The notes beneath the pieces are model-generated. The model was not told the origin of the DNA. It saw only the letters and a list, made by a program, of their open reading frames with translations, and searched no databases. From Deltaproteobacteria bacterium (lineage in GTDB: Bacteria; SAR324; XYD2-FULL-50-16): 64,000 nt of DNA. Shown one piece after another: positions 19,980-29,540 of the stretch. Numbering within the stretch: the first letter of the stretch is position 1; each line of letters begins with the position of its first letter. Both the position numbers and the translations under genes were made by a program. Location: assembly GCA_018645005.1 (NCBI GenBank), contig JABGPJ010000066.1, positions 41,808 to 105,807 on the forward strand. Reading direction: 5' to 3'.

Positions 19980-20951
19980 TCAGGCGATTAATGAATAGGT
20001 TGTCTGTGGGACACTTTCATTTCTCAATATTTGATGGGTTTCCTCAAGGTATCTTAAATGCGCGATTGCTTCCCCTGTCGCAAACCATTTTTGAGGAACT
20101 GGAAACTGCTCCCAGGAATCGCATTTGATATCCCAATGCATCTTTGACGCGACTCCGTACGCGTGTCTGGATCCTTGGTCCAGTATGGAGAGTATTTCGT
20201 CCAGCCTCGCCATATGATGATGTTTGAGCTCATCAATCCGCTCTCTGAAATTTGTAAACATACTCCGATGCCCAGGCAGGACCAAATCGACTACCAGAGG
20301 GTATACTTTATCCAGACTATTGAGGTAAAATTTCAGCATATCCTGCTGGTCAGACCAGCCTTGTATGTTTGGGGTAATGTCACCTAAAATGTGATCACCT
20401 GAAATAAGCAGCCTTTTATCCGCTTCATAAAGGCAGGTATGGCCAAGCGAATGTCCCGGAGTTTCGATGCAGGTCAGTTTATAGTCGCCAACTTCAAGCA
20501 AATCACCATCCTGCAGAATCTTAAGCTCAGGAACCCATTGCGTTCCGAACTTCTTTCCAGGGTGTTGCTTAAACGCATTTCGGAGTTCAGTTTCTGGGAA
20601 ACCGTTTTCGGCAGCATAGGTAAACATGTGCTCAAAACCGTCCCATCCATCGAGAATCTCCGCATCGGGTCGATTAAAATATATGGTGCTTGTAGGCGTT
20701 TTAAGTTTTTCTACCAGACCAAAATGATCAGCATGTAAATGGGTAATAAAAAAATCGGTACAAGTCAGGTCAATATTCAGAGAGCGTAAGCCTTTTTGCA
20801 TCGCTGCAAGACACTCTTCCCGATTAAACCCCGTATCGATGATCAGGTTGCGAGTAGAGCCCGTGATGATATAAGAATTCAGTGATTTTAGAGGACTATC
20901 AGGTAGCGGAATTTCAAGGCGGTAAAATCCAGGTAAAATTTCTTCGGGCAT
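19980..20951 (-). CDS. MBL-fold metallo-hydrolase
   Basis: THLHADHFG metal-binding motif plus downstream His/Asp ligands. Start moved to the internal ATG at 20951 (MPEEILPGFY), because the upstream 62 codons overlap the 107-bp repeat and look non-coding. Confidence 0.65.
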   Translation of the reverse strand: MPEEILPGFYRLEIPLPDSPLKSLNSYIITGSTRNLIIDTGFNREECLAAMQKGLRSLNIDLTCTDFFITHLHADHFGLVEKLKTPTSTIYFNRPDAEILDGWDGFEHMFTYAAENGFPETELRNAFKQHPGKKFGTQWVPELKILQDGDLLEVGDYKLTCIETPGHSLGHTCLYEADKRLLISGDHILGDITPNIQGWSDQQDMLKFYLNSLDKVYPLVVDLVLPGHRSMFTNFRERIDELKHHHMARLDEILSILDQGSRHAYGVASKMHWDIKCDSWEQFPVPQKWFATGEAIAHLRYLEETHQILRNESVPQTTYSLIA

Positions 20952-21121
20952 AAGTTTGTCCTTTGATTCTGAAAATGGGATCGGCAAATTTCGTAAGACC
21001 TTTTGTTTATTGTATTTCCAAATGTGTTGATAAGAAAATATAACATTTTTTCGGGAAAACTCGCAAGTAGCCGGAGTACTGAAAAAATGTAATGACTGGT
21101 TATCTGTTAATAAATTAATTA

Positions 21122-21228
21122 TTAAGGGTCGGCTCAAAAATTACTTGGCATTCTGTCAGCAAAATGTCTGGTCTTTATGGGACTTTTGCGGACAGTTTAT
21201 GCCAAGTTATTTTTGTACGATCCCTAAG
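21122..21228. repeat. 107-bp intergenic repeat, copy 2 of 3
   Basis: Same element as 9404-9510. Ends 18 bp before the priA start codon. Confidence 0.85.
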
Positions 21229-21246
21229 ATCCATTTAGGGTACCAA

Positions 21247-23652
21247 ATGATAGTAAAAGTAGCTTTAAATATTCCCTTCACTGAACCTTATGATTATCAG
21301 ATCCCTGAAGAATTGAATCTACAGATCAATGTCGGTATCCGAGTTCTCGTTTCTGTCGGCTCCAGAAGAATGATCGGAGTGGTTGTTGAGATTCTGTCAG
21401 CGTCAAAGCATGACAAGCTCAAACCGGTGTTAGCGCTGATTGAAAATGAGCCTGTTTTCGATCCTAGAATGCTTTTTTTCACAAAATGGATTTCCAATTA
21501 CTATCTCTGCAGTTGGGGAGAGGTTCTGGACGCTGCTTTACCGACAGGTTTGAAACCAAAAGTGATTAAGAAGATTCAGGTAGATACCACCAGCATCAGC
21601 CAATTATCGCTGGATCCTCAAGAAGAGGAGTGGTTGAGATCGATTGTGGACAAAAAAGAGTCCGATATCTTGAAGAACAAAAAAGGAGAAGATTACAGCC
21701 ATCTTTATTCGAAATTGAAAAAGAAGAAGATCATTTATCATATCTATACACACACGACCGGTAATTCAGGTCTTTCCTATACAGAGTGGTTGAGTTACCA
21801 ACCCGAATATGGAGATCAGGTCACAGTCAGAAAGGGGAGCCTGACAAGCCAGATACTGCAGTGGTTTAAATCAGAAAATGAACTCATACGGCAAACCGTA
21901 TTGGACCGGTTTCCAAACGCCTCGCCCCAGTTAAACAGTTTGATCAAAAAAAAGGCGCTGCTGAAATCAAAAAAACCAATACCAGTCGGATCTTGTCCCT
22001 CGACAATCAACACGGATCTGTTTATTCAGCCCAATGTTGAACAGCGTGTGGCGATAGACACCATTTTAACGGCAATCAAGCAAAAAACGTATCAAACCTT
22101 TCTGTTACATGGCGTCACCGGTAGCGGAAAAACAGAGGTGTATCTTTATGCCGTCAAAGAAGCCATTCAACAAGGGCAAACGGTTCTGATATTAATTCCG
22201 GAAATCTCATTGACTCCTCAGGCTGTTAGTCGCTTCAGAGAACGATTCGGAGATCGCATTGCTGTCCTGCACAGCGGAATGGCTGAAAAAGAGCGTGCTT
22301 TGGAGTGGTGGAAAATAAAAAGAAAGCTCTGTGATATTGTTATCGGGGCGCGTTCAGCCATTTTTGCCCCCTTAGAGGATATCGGATTGATCGTTGTGGA
22401 CGAGGAACATGACACGTCATACAAACAGCAGGAGGGCCCTTTTTATAATGCCAGAGACGCTGCGGTGAAAATCGCTAGTGAACGGGGCTGTGTAGCTCTG
22501 CTGGGATCTGCGACGCCATCTGTCGAATCATATTTCAATTTATCCAGCGGGAAATATACCCATCTCAGACTTAAAAACAGGGTGAATCGACAGTCGCTTC
22601 CAAGTTTTGAATTGATAGATCTAAAAAAGGAAGAGCGACAGAAAGGCGCCTTTTATCTCTCTAAACACTTTATCACCCGGTTGAAGGGGGTTCTGCAACG
22701 TCAGAAGCAAGCACTGATCTTTTTAAATCGTCGAGGATATGCGGCATTTTTATCCTGCGCGTCCTGTGAACTTCCAGTCCTCTGCCAGAACTGTTCAATT
22801 GCACTAACCTGGCATCGAACCCGGCAGCGTTTAATCTGCCACCATTGCGGATTCAGTCAGAACTATCCCCAAACCTGCCCTCACTGTCACGAAACTGTTT
22901 TTAATCTTGAGGGCATCGGGACCCAACGAGTTGAAAGGGACCTTAAGCTACTTTTTCCTAACGCAAGATTTTTGAGAATGGACCGGGATACGGTTCGTAA
23001 GAGGGGAGCTCTGGAGCGAAATATCGACAAAATAAATGACAGGCAGGTCGATTTTGTGATTGGGACCCAGTTGATCAGCAAAGGGCACGATTTTAAGCAT
23101 ATCGGGATTGTCTGCATCATATTTGCTGATATGAGCCTCAATATCCCGGATTTTCGGTCTTCTGAACGAAGTTTTCAACTGATATCCCAGGTATCCGGCA
23201 GAGCTGGCCGGGACGAGAAAAGTGTTGGTCTGGCTTTGATCCAGTCATATAACCCCGGGCATTATGCATTTCAGACTGCTATACAGAATGATTTCACTGG
23301 ATTTTTCAACCAGGAAATGATGTTGCGCAGGGATTTGGATAATCCGCCGTACATCCGACAGATTCTGATAAAAGTCAGCGATAAAAATCCGGGCAACGTT
23401 GAGATATCTGCTGTTAAACTAGGAAGTATCCTTAAGGATTCAGCAGTACGATCGAATTTCCAGGTTCTCGGCCCGGTCGAATCTCCGTTACAAAAAATAA
23501 ATAATCGTTACTACTGGCAAATCTTGATCAAGAGCGGGGAAATTGGAAAGGCTAAACGCTTTATCAGAGATCTTCTTTTTAACCGCAAAGGCTGGCGGGT
23601 GAAAGCGGGGACACGGATTTCTATTGATGTTGACCCCATGACAATGCTGTAA
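21247..23652 (+). CDS. priA: Primosomal protein N' (replication restart helicase PriA)
   Basis: DEAD-like helicase motifs (GVTGSGKTEVY, DEEHD). Cys-rich zinc-binding insert (CASCELPVLCQNC...CHHCGFS...CPHC). Start placed at ATG 21247 (MIVKVALNIPF), because the longer ORF from 21145 runs into the repeat. Confidence 0.9.
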   Translation: MIVKVALNIPFTEPYDYQIPEELNLQINVGIRVLVSVGSRRMIGVVVEILSASKHDKLKPVLALIENEPVFDPRMLFFTKWISNYYLCSWGEVLDAALPTGLKPKVIKKIQVDTTSISQLSLDPQEEEWLRSIVDKKESDILKNKKGEDYSHLYSKLKKKKIIYHIYTHTTGNSGLSYTEWLSYQPEYGDQVTVRKGSLTSQILQWFKSENELIRQTVLDRFPNASPQLNSLIKKKALLKSKKPIPVGSCPSTINTDLFIQPNVEQRVAIDTILTAIKQKTYQTFLLHGVTGSGKTEVYLYAVKEAIQQGQTVLILIPEISLTPQAVSRFRERFGDRIAVLHSGMAEKERALEWWKIKRKLCDIVIGARSAIFAPLEDIGLIVVDEEHDTSYKQQEGPFYNARDAAVKIASERGCVALLGSATPSVESYFNLSSGKYTHLRLKNRVNRQSLPSFELIDLKKEERQKGAFYLSKHFITRLKGVLQRQKQALIFLNRRGYAAFLSCASCELPVLCQNCSIALTWHRTRQRLICHHCGFSQNYPQTCPHCHETVFNLEGIGTQRVERDLKLLFPNARFLRMDRDTVRKRGALERNIDKINDRQVDFVIGTQLISKGHDFKHIGIVCIIFADMSLNIPDFRSSERSFQLISQVSGRAGRDEKSVGLALIQSYNPGHYAFQTAIQNDFTGFFNQEMMLRRDLDNPPYIRQILIKVSDKNPGNVEISAVKLGSILKDSAVRSNFQVLGPVESPLQKINNRYYWQILIKSGEIGKAKRFIRDLLFNRKGWRVKAGTRISIDVDPMTML

Positions 23653-23693
23653 TTTGCTAACCATGGGATCTATTATCAAGGCTGGGAAACAGC

Positions 23694-24692
23694 CTAATTT
23701 ATTTTGTCTGAATTTACATCGATCTTCAGAGTTTTTGCTTTCTTTCCTGTCTGCACAAATATCAATCGGGTATGACCGGCATCGACATCCAAAAATTCTT
23801 CTCCATCCATAATCACTGTGATATCGATGGTTTTTCGGACACTGTTTTCTCCCTTGAACGGTTTAACGATGGCCTTGATTCTGGCATAGCCACGCTCGTT
23901 CAAATGGATGTCTGTGCCAAATCGAATATTGTCGAATACATGGCTGATATATATGGGCCCCGCACGAAAGGCATTCTGGTTGGAATTTTTTTGAACCATC
24001 TGTAATGTTAAATAGACCCCTACCTCTTCTCTGGTTTCAGGAACCTTAATTTCAGTCTTATCAGCTTTGATAACCAGATGGAAAGGCAGGTTTTTGATCT
24101 TGTCGCTGATTGAGCCCCGACGGGTAATTCCAGAGAGGATTTGTCCGGGCTGCAAATCAACTGCGTCATCATCGTTTTTCACCGTGACTGCCCCTGAAGA
24201 CAGACTGACAGTCAATTTATCATCACGCTCGACCATTGAGACAACGGTCCCCTTGATACCTGCCGTTGCGGTTGGGGTCCGAATAGTAGTGCTCTGGTAC
24301 TTCTTGGTAAATTTGCCCCAGAAAGAGCCAATTTCTAAGAAAAGGTGATGCAAAAAACGCCTTGATCCTTTTTTTGATTCCACCGATTTTTCTAGCAAGA
24401 AGCGCGTATTTGTGAACAAACGTAATAAGGACCCATCTCGAAAGGCAATTGTGACTTTTCCAGTTTTACCGGTGACAACCATATCCTGATCATAAAGAAT
24501 CAAACCGGTTCTGCCTGCAAGCCGGGCGGAACCCCTCTCGATTTCGATTTGACCCCGAAGATCTTTGATGCTGGCTACCGCGTTTATGGCGAAGCTGTTC
24601 GGTACCCACAGGGTTAGTATCAAAGTCAAACTGATCACGGCTGACAAAAAAGCGTTTTTGAGCATGGATTTTCTCTCACCCCCTTTATACAT
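23694..24692 (-). CDS. FecR-domain protein with N-terminal signal peptide or anchor
   Basis: A hydrophobic N-terminus followed by a FecR-like beta-rich domain (GQIEIERGSARLAGRTGLILYDQDMVVTGKTGKVTIAFRDGSLLRLFTNTRF). No adjacent ECF sigma factor gene. Confidence 0.55.
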   Translation of the reverse strand: MYKGGERKSMLKNAFLSAVISLTLILTLWVPNSFAINAVASIKDLRGQIEIERGSARLAGRTGLILYDQDMVVTGKTGKVTIAFRDGSLLRLFTNTRFLLEKSVESKKGSRRFLHHLFLEIGSFWGKFTKKYQSTTIRTPTATAGIKGTVVSMVERDDKLTVSLSSGAVTVKNDDDAVDLQPGQILSGITRRGSISDKIKNLPFHLVIKADKTEIKVPETREEVGVYLTLQMVQKNSNQNAFRAGPIYISHVFDNIRFGTDIHLNERGYARIKAIVKPFKGENSVRKTIDITVIMDGEEFLDVDAGHTRLIFVQTGKKAKTLKIDVNSDKIN

Positions 24693-24734
24693 TTTTCAAT
24701 ATGTTCTAACGAAATTTCACTTTTGATTTGTAGC

Positions 24735-24841
24735 TTAAGGGCTGGCTCGAAAATTACTTGGCATTTTGTCTGCAAAATGTCCAGTCTTTTCAGAACTTTT
24801 GCGGACAGATTATGCCAAGTTATTTTTGTACGATCCCTAAG
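24735..24841. repeat. 107-bp intergenic repeat, copy 3 of 3
   Basis: Same element as 9404-9510 and 21122-21228. Confidence 0.85.
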
Positions 24842-25450
24842 GGAAATACGGGTTTTGTGTTTAGCCAATAGTAGTGCAAATACCGTACAATTAGGTCAGG
24901 TGGTAATTATTGCCTTCATAACCTGATTCGCTTTTTGCCTCTTATTATATTATATTGTCTCGTAAAAGGAATGACAATTAATTGTGTTGTGAAATCACAA
25001 GCTTGTCGGAGCTGGAATTGGGGTTTTGGTATAATACAGCCACGGTACGCAGCCACGGTACGGTTCCAAAGCCATTTTTCCGCTTACTCTTTTGTTTGAA
25101 TGGGACAATAGGAGGTGAGTCATTAAAGAAACGGTCTGGACAAAATGGTGTTGTCTCTAAATAGTCCGAAAACTCAACTATTTAGGGTTTGGTCCCGGAT
25201 TGAATGATTCCGAATAATCTACTGCAAAAATTCTTTCTGAATAAAATATTGCAGCCGGAGGGACCAAAAAGGTTTGGGATTTTTTGACTGAAATGCATCT
25301 TTATTGCAAGTATTTTCTATCGAGTTAAAAAAATGGTATTCTGAGGGGGCAAAAGAAATCCCAAAGAGACCAATTTTGATTATTTGCGACATTTTTGTCG
25401 AGATAATGGCTCTCAGAGACAGGTCGATTCTTTGAAAAATTTAAACCTTT

Positions 25451-26368
25451 ATGAAAAAAATCTATCTACTGCTCCTGGTGACTATTTTTTCGGTTAATGT
25501 TTCTGCCCAGGTCGTGACGCCATCTCTGGATGGGGCTTTTCCGGTTGAAATGGCATCGGCTGCGGGATGGCGTTTTGGCAGTACCTTGGGTGGGCAGACA
25601 TCCTTTGGCAAGGTCGATGGAGAGACAGAAAAAGCGGATTATCACAACATTGATTCTTCTTTTTTGCTTGCGTATCAACCGAGCAACATTGTCGCCGAGT
25701 TTTATTGGGCATCTCCCGGGACGTTTTATCAGTGGGAAACTGAAACAGATACTCTGAATGAGACCAACAATGGCGATGGCAGATTCAGCCTGACTCTGCG
25801 GGGGGAAAAAAATGTCACCATTGGTATCGGTTATCGTATAGCCGATCAGGACACCACTTCTGATACGATTAATAAAAGTTTATACGAAGGAAGTTTTTCG
25901 CTGCGAATGCTGGATGGACTCTATCTGGCAGCCGGGATGCAGCGAGTGACGGAAAAGTTTCACACCGGTGATTCCAGAAAGTGGAATCGTATCCTGACCG
26001 GGGTGTCTTTGCAGGTGGGAGACCCACTTAAAAATTTGTTTCGCACCGAAGTCTCTTTCCAGACGTCACCAGAAAGCTCTGTTGATGATCCAGCAATAAA
26101 GCCTCACAGAGAGACGAGCCGTATTCAGGCTGCGGCTGAACTTCTCTGGGGTGCTTTTTTGTTCTCATATCAGTACCGGAACACAACTCTGGGTGCTGTC
26201 GGCACAGAAATAGATGATCAAATTGTCGCCAGGCATCGTTACGGCATTGGGCTTAAAATAGGCAGCGCCACTCTCGGATTTTACGCTGGGGGTGGGACAC
26301 GCACTGCAGGTGACAAAGTACTAAAAACCCAATTATATCAGGGGACTTTGAGTTTAAACTTTATTTAA
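25451..26368 (+). CDS. Secreted protein, possible outer-membrane beta-barrel (paralog A)
   Basis: Signal peptide MKKIYLLLLVTIFSVNVSA-QVV. Alternating hydrophobic pattern rich in Gly, Tyr and Thr. N-terminal mature motif QVVTPSLD...SAAGWRFG is shared with the next gene. Confidence 0.5.
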   Translation: MKKIYLLLLVTIFSVNVSAQVVTPSLDGAFPVEMASAAGWRFGSTLGGQTSFGKVDGETEKADYHNIDSSFLLAYQPSNIVAEFYWASPGTFYQWETETDTLNETNNGDGRFSLTLRGEKNVTIGIGYRIADQDTTSDTINKSLYEGSFSLRMLDGLYLAAGMQRVTEKFHTGDSRKWNRILTGVSLQVGDPLKNLFRTEVSFQTSPESSVDDPAIKPHRETSRIQAAAELLWGAFLFSYQYRNTTLGAVGTEIDDQIVARHRYGIGLKIGSATLGFYAGGGTRTAGDKVLKTQLYQGTLSLNFI

Positions 26369-26449
26369 TTTCTTGATCTGAACAGTCCAACCCTTCATAT
26401 TTACAGCATGGATGCGCAGGTAAATTTAGATCAAACCAAGGACCCAACG

Positions 26450-27433
26450 ATGAAAATCGCGATGATAGGATCAAAAGCACTATTATTCCTGGGGGTGCTG
26501 CTTTTATGGGCGAACTGCGGGTTTGGCCAGGTCGTTACCTCCTCTATGGATCCAACCCAGTCAATTCTGATGCCCTCCGCTGCAGGTTGGCGTGAGAAAC
26601 CGGCTGCGGGTATAGGTTATCATGAGGGTAGCGGGACGCGGGATCTGAATAACCAGGAGATCTATCAGTTCGATATATCCGGCTTGGACGGCAACCTGGC
26701 ATTTACAGTGGGTAATGCATTCATAGAGATGTATGGGTCTCAGAGCACTACGAATGTCCAACTGGACCAATTCTATGAAGGACAGTTCAACCTTAAATTC
26801 AATGATGCCAGGCTGAACATTGCTCTAGCCGGGAACGATTTTCTTACCATCGGTTTGGGAGTACGCTCTACCGAGTCTACTGACCATATTGATGCCAACT
26901 ACGATTCGGAAACAACCGATGCCATGCGAGCAATCGGTTCTATCTCGATCAAAGCCCTGGATATGTTTTATTTCGGCCTTGGTTTCGAGCGCGTCAAAGA
27001 AGAAAACACTTATGCTGTCGGTTTGACTTGGAACAATGTTATCAGCGGTGTGGCTATGCATCTGGGTCAACCCGGTGGAACGCAATTCAAGGTTGAATAC
27101 TCTCTCGCCTATTCAGAATCCCAGGTAAATACGCTCTCCGGAGATTTGGTGGAAAATAACCATCCACAAACAGCGATCTCCCGTATGTCCGGGGAATTGA
27201 TGTTCAGCGGTTTGTTGTTTGCGTTCAAGTCCGAAGAGAAAAAAATTGATGTGGATATTGTAGAGAATGGACAAACTGTTAAAGAGATCAAGATGGTCAA
27301 CAATCAGGGCGGGGTGCTCTGGATTCCAGAAAACGGTCTTAGTATGGGCTTTTATTTTCTAACCGGAACCAATACAGCGAGTTATGACGATTCAATCAGC
27401 TCGTTCAAGGTGAAATTAGCTTATGTTTTTTAG
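26450..27433 (+). CDS. Secreted protein, possible outer-membrane beta-barrel (paralog B)
   Basis: Start placed at ATG 26450 (MKIAMIGSKALLFLGVLLLWANCGFG-QVV). Mature N-terminus QVVTSSMD...SAAGWREK parallels paralog A. Ends with an aromatic C-terminal residue (F), like paralog A (I). Confidence 0.5.
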   Translation: MKIAMIGSKALLFLGVLLLWANCGFGQVVTSSMDPTQSILMPSAAGWREKPAAGIGYHEGSGTRDLNNQEIYQFDISGLDGNLAFTVGNAFIEMYGSQSTTNVQLDQFYEGQFNLKFNDARLNIALAGNDFLTIGLGVRSTESTDHIDANYDSETTDAMRAIGSISIKALDMFYFGLGFERVKEENTYAVGLTWNNVISGVAMHLGQPGGTQFKVEYSLAYSESQVNTLSGDLVENNHPQTAISRMSGELMFSGLLFAFKSEEKKIDVDIVENGQTVKEIKMVNNQGGVLWIPENGLSMGFYFLTGTNTASYDDSISSFKVKLAYVF

Positions 27434-27505
27434 ACAACGGATTGGACTTTTGTACTGATACCGGGAAGTTCTCCTTATCTGAAATCACTATTCTGACAAT
27501 TCAAT

Positions 27506-29518
27506 ATGATGAAACAGATAGCTAACCGCATTTTCATAAGCTGCCTGACCCTGGCAGCCTTGGCTGGGTTTGTTTTTGTCGCTTGTAAATCCGACAGTGG
27601 CAAGGTGCAGTCTTTTGATGAGGATTCTCCTCATGTGATGGCTGTTTCGCCGGCAGACAGCACTACAGATGTTTCTGTGAACACATCAATTACCGTGAGT
27701 TTTGATGAGTCTATGTACCCCTCCACCATCAGTTTTAATAGTGATGATGAGGAGTGTTCTGGTGGTGTGCAGCTATCCCGGGATGGATTTATCAGTTGTG
27801 TGCCGTTGTCTTCTGCGAGCTTGTCTTATGATTCAGATAAAAAGGTGTTTACCCTTTCTCCCCAATCCCCACTTGATGGTAAGGTCAACTACAAAATTAA
27901 GATTACAACGGATGCCAAAGATCTTTCTTTAAATCCTCTGGAGACTGATTTTTTAACCTCATCTGGATTTACGACTAAAACGAGTGGACCCGTCCCGGTC
28001 AATAGTGCGCAGGCGATCTATTTTGGTGATCAGAATACCAAAGAATCTGAACTAACTGGAACTATTAAGATTGATCGTGCGATAGACGAAAGCGATATTG
28101 CCGGTTACAACATTTATTGGGGATCCAGCGAAACTGAACGGCTCGCCGACACACCATTGATTGGATCTTTGCTGGTGAGTGCTGATAAGCTTCAGTACAA
28201 TCTGGATAATACTGCCATTCCTGGGGGTGCCACGCATTTTCTTGCCTATTCTTCGAATGAGAATGGGGACTCCCTGACACCAGTAGCTCTGGATATTCCT
28301 GATACAGTTTTGAAAATGGTGGCTGATATAAACGGATCCGGTCCATCGAATCCACACAGTTACAAGGTTTGGAACAGCAAACTGTATTTTAGTGCCAATG
28401 ACGGATCAACAGGGGCGGAACTGTGGGAATTTGATGGGGTTTCAGCGCCTAAGTTGGCTGCTGATATCACAGGCGATCCAGCTTCATCAATGACTGTCCC
28501 GCAGAAAATGGTGGAATTTAATAGTAAGTTGTATTTTACGGCTTGTGACAGTACTGTTGGATGTGAATTACGGGGCTATGACGGCACCTCGGTATCTCTG
28601 GTCGAAGATATATATGCGGGCACTTTCAGTTCTGACCCAACGGAGCTAACTGCCTTTGGTGGTAAATTATACTTTTCTGCTTGTGATGTAGCCAATGGAT
28701 GTGAGTTGTGGTTTTGGGACGGAACGCCCAGTCCCAGTGGCTTAAATATTGGAATGGTAGCAGATATTGCTTATCTTCCAACCCCAGATAGTTCTTCTGA
28801 TGTTAAAGATATTACTGAATTAAATGGGAAGTTGTATTTTAGTGCTAGTGATGGCCCTAGTGATTTCTTTGGCAGGGAAATTTGGTGGTATGATGGAACA
28901 ACTCCGCCGGCATCTGTTTCCCTAGGCACAAATTACAATGGCATAAATATTCGAACAACGACTGCTTCCTCGGATCCGGAAGGAATTACGGTTTATGGTG
29001 AAAGACTGATTTTTGGTGCAGACGACGGAATTGGTGCGGGAAAAGAACCCTGGATTTCTGACGGAACAATCTCCCCAACAACCGTTGGCAATTATTCCAT
29101 CTTATCCAATATCACTGGCGATGGCTCAAGCTCTTCACCCAAAGGATTTACTGAATTTAACGGCAAGCTCTATTTTTCTGCTACAACAGCCGCAAATGGA
29201 GATGAACTGTGGGTCTACGATGGAAACAACTCTCCAACTCTTGTGGCTGATATTAATCCATCAGGAAGTTCCTCCCCCTCCCATCTGTTTGCTTTCAATG
29301 GCATGCTGATTTTCAGTGCTTTCACAACTGAAAATGGCAATGAACTTTATGGATACAATGATTACGATCCCTCCGGAACGCCTTTTATGATCGCAGATAT
29401 CAATAATGGGTCCGGACCTTCCATGCCTGAATTCTTCACAGTGTTCAACAGTCGGCTCTATTTTACTGCGAATGATGGTACAAACGGGAACGAGCTGTGG
29501 GTGTTTTACACTGAATAA
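27506..29518 (+). CDS. Lipoprotein with N-terminal Ig-like domain and multiple ELWxxDG repeats
   Basis: Lipobox FVAC. Seven repeats of the ELWxxDG type (GAELWEFDG, GCELRGYDG, GCELWFWDG, GREIWWYDG, GDELWVYDG, GNELYGYND, GNELWVFY), each preceded by KLYFSA-type strands. Confidence 0.6.
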   Translation: MMKQIANRIFISCLTLAALAGFVFVACKSDSGKVQSFDEDSPHVMAVSPADSTTDVSVNTSITVSFDESMYPSTISFNSDDEECSGGVQLSRDGFISCVPLSSASLSYDSDKKVFTLSPQSPLDGKVNYKIKITTDAKDLSLNPLETDFLTSSGFTTKTSGPVPVNSAQAIYFGDQNTKESELTGTIKIDRAIDESDIAGYNIYWGSSETERLADTPLIGSLLVSADKLQYNLDNTAIPGGATHFLAYSSNENGDSLTPVALDIPDTVLKMVADINGSGPSNPHSYKVWNSKLYFSANDGSTGAELWEFDGVSAPKLAADITGDPASSMTVPQKMVEFNSKLYFTACDSTVGCELRGYDGTSVSLVEDIYAGTFSSDPTELTAFGGKLYFSACDVANGCELWFWDGTPSPSGLNIGMVADIAYLPTPDSSSDVKDITELNGKLYFSASDGPSDFFGREIWWYDGTTPPASVSLGTNYNGINIRTTTASSDPEGITVYGERLIFGADDGIGAGKEPWISDGTISPTTVGNYSILSNITGDGSSSSPKGFTEFNGKLYFSATTAANGDELWVYDGNNSPTLVADINPSGSSSPSHLFAFNGMLIFSAFTTENGNELYGYNDYDPSGTPFMIADINNGSGPSMPEFFTVFNSRLYFTANDGTNGNELWVFYTE

Positions 29519-29540
29519 ACTTTGTTGAAAAACCGGATTT

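Noticed and set aside
19980-21137. Longer 385-aa version of the MBL-fold gene.
   Set aside because: The first 62 codons are low-complexity and run into the 107-bp repeat. The MBL fold begins at the internal Met, which gives the typical length of about 320 aa.
21145-21246. N-terminal 34-codon extension of priA in the ORF track (MAFCQQNVWSLWDFCGQFMPSYFCTIPKIHLGYQ).
   Set aside because: This stretch is the translation of 107-bp repeat copy 2; the same peptide-like string appears in the other copies out of any gene context. Start moved to 21247.
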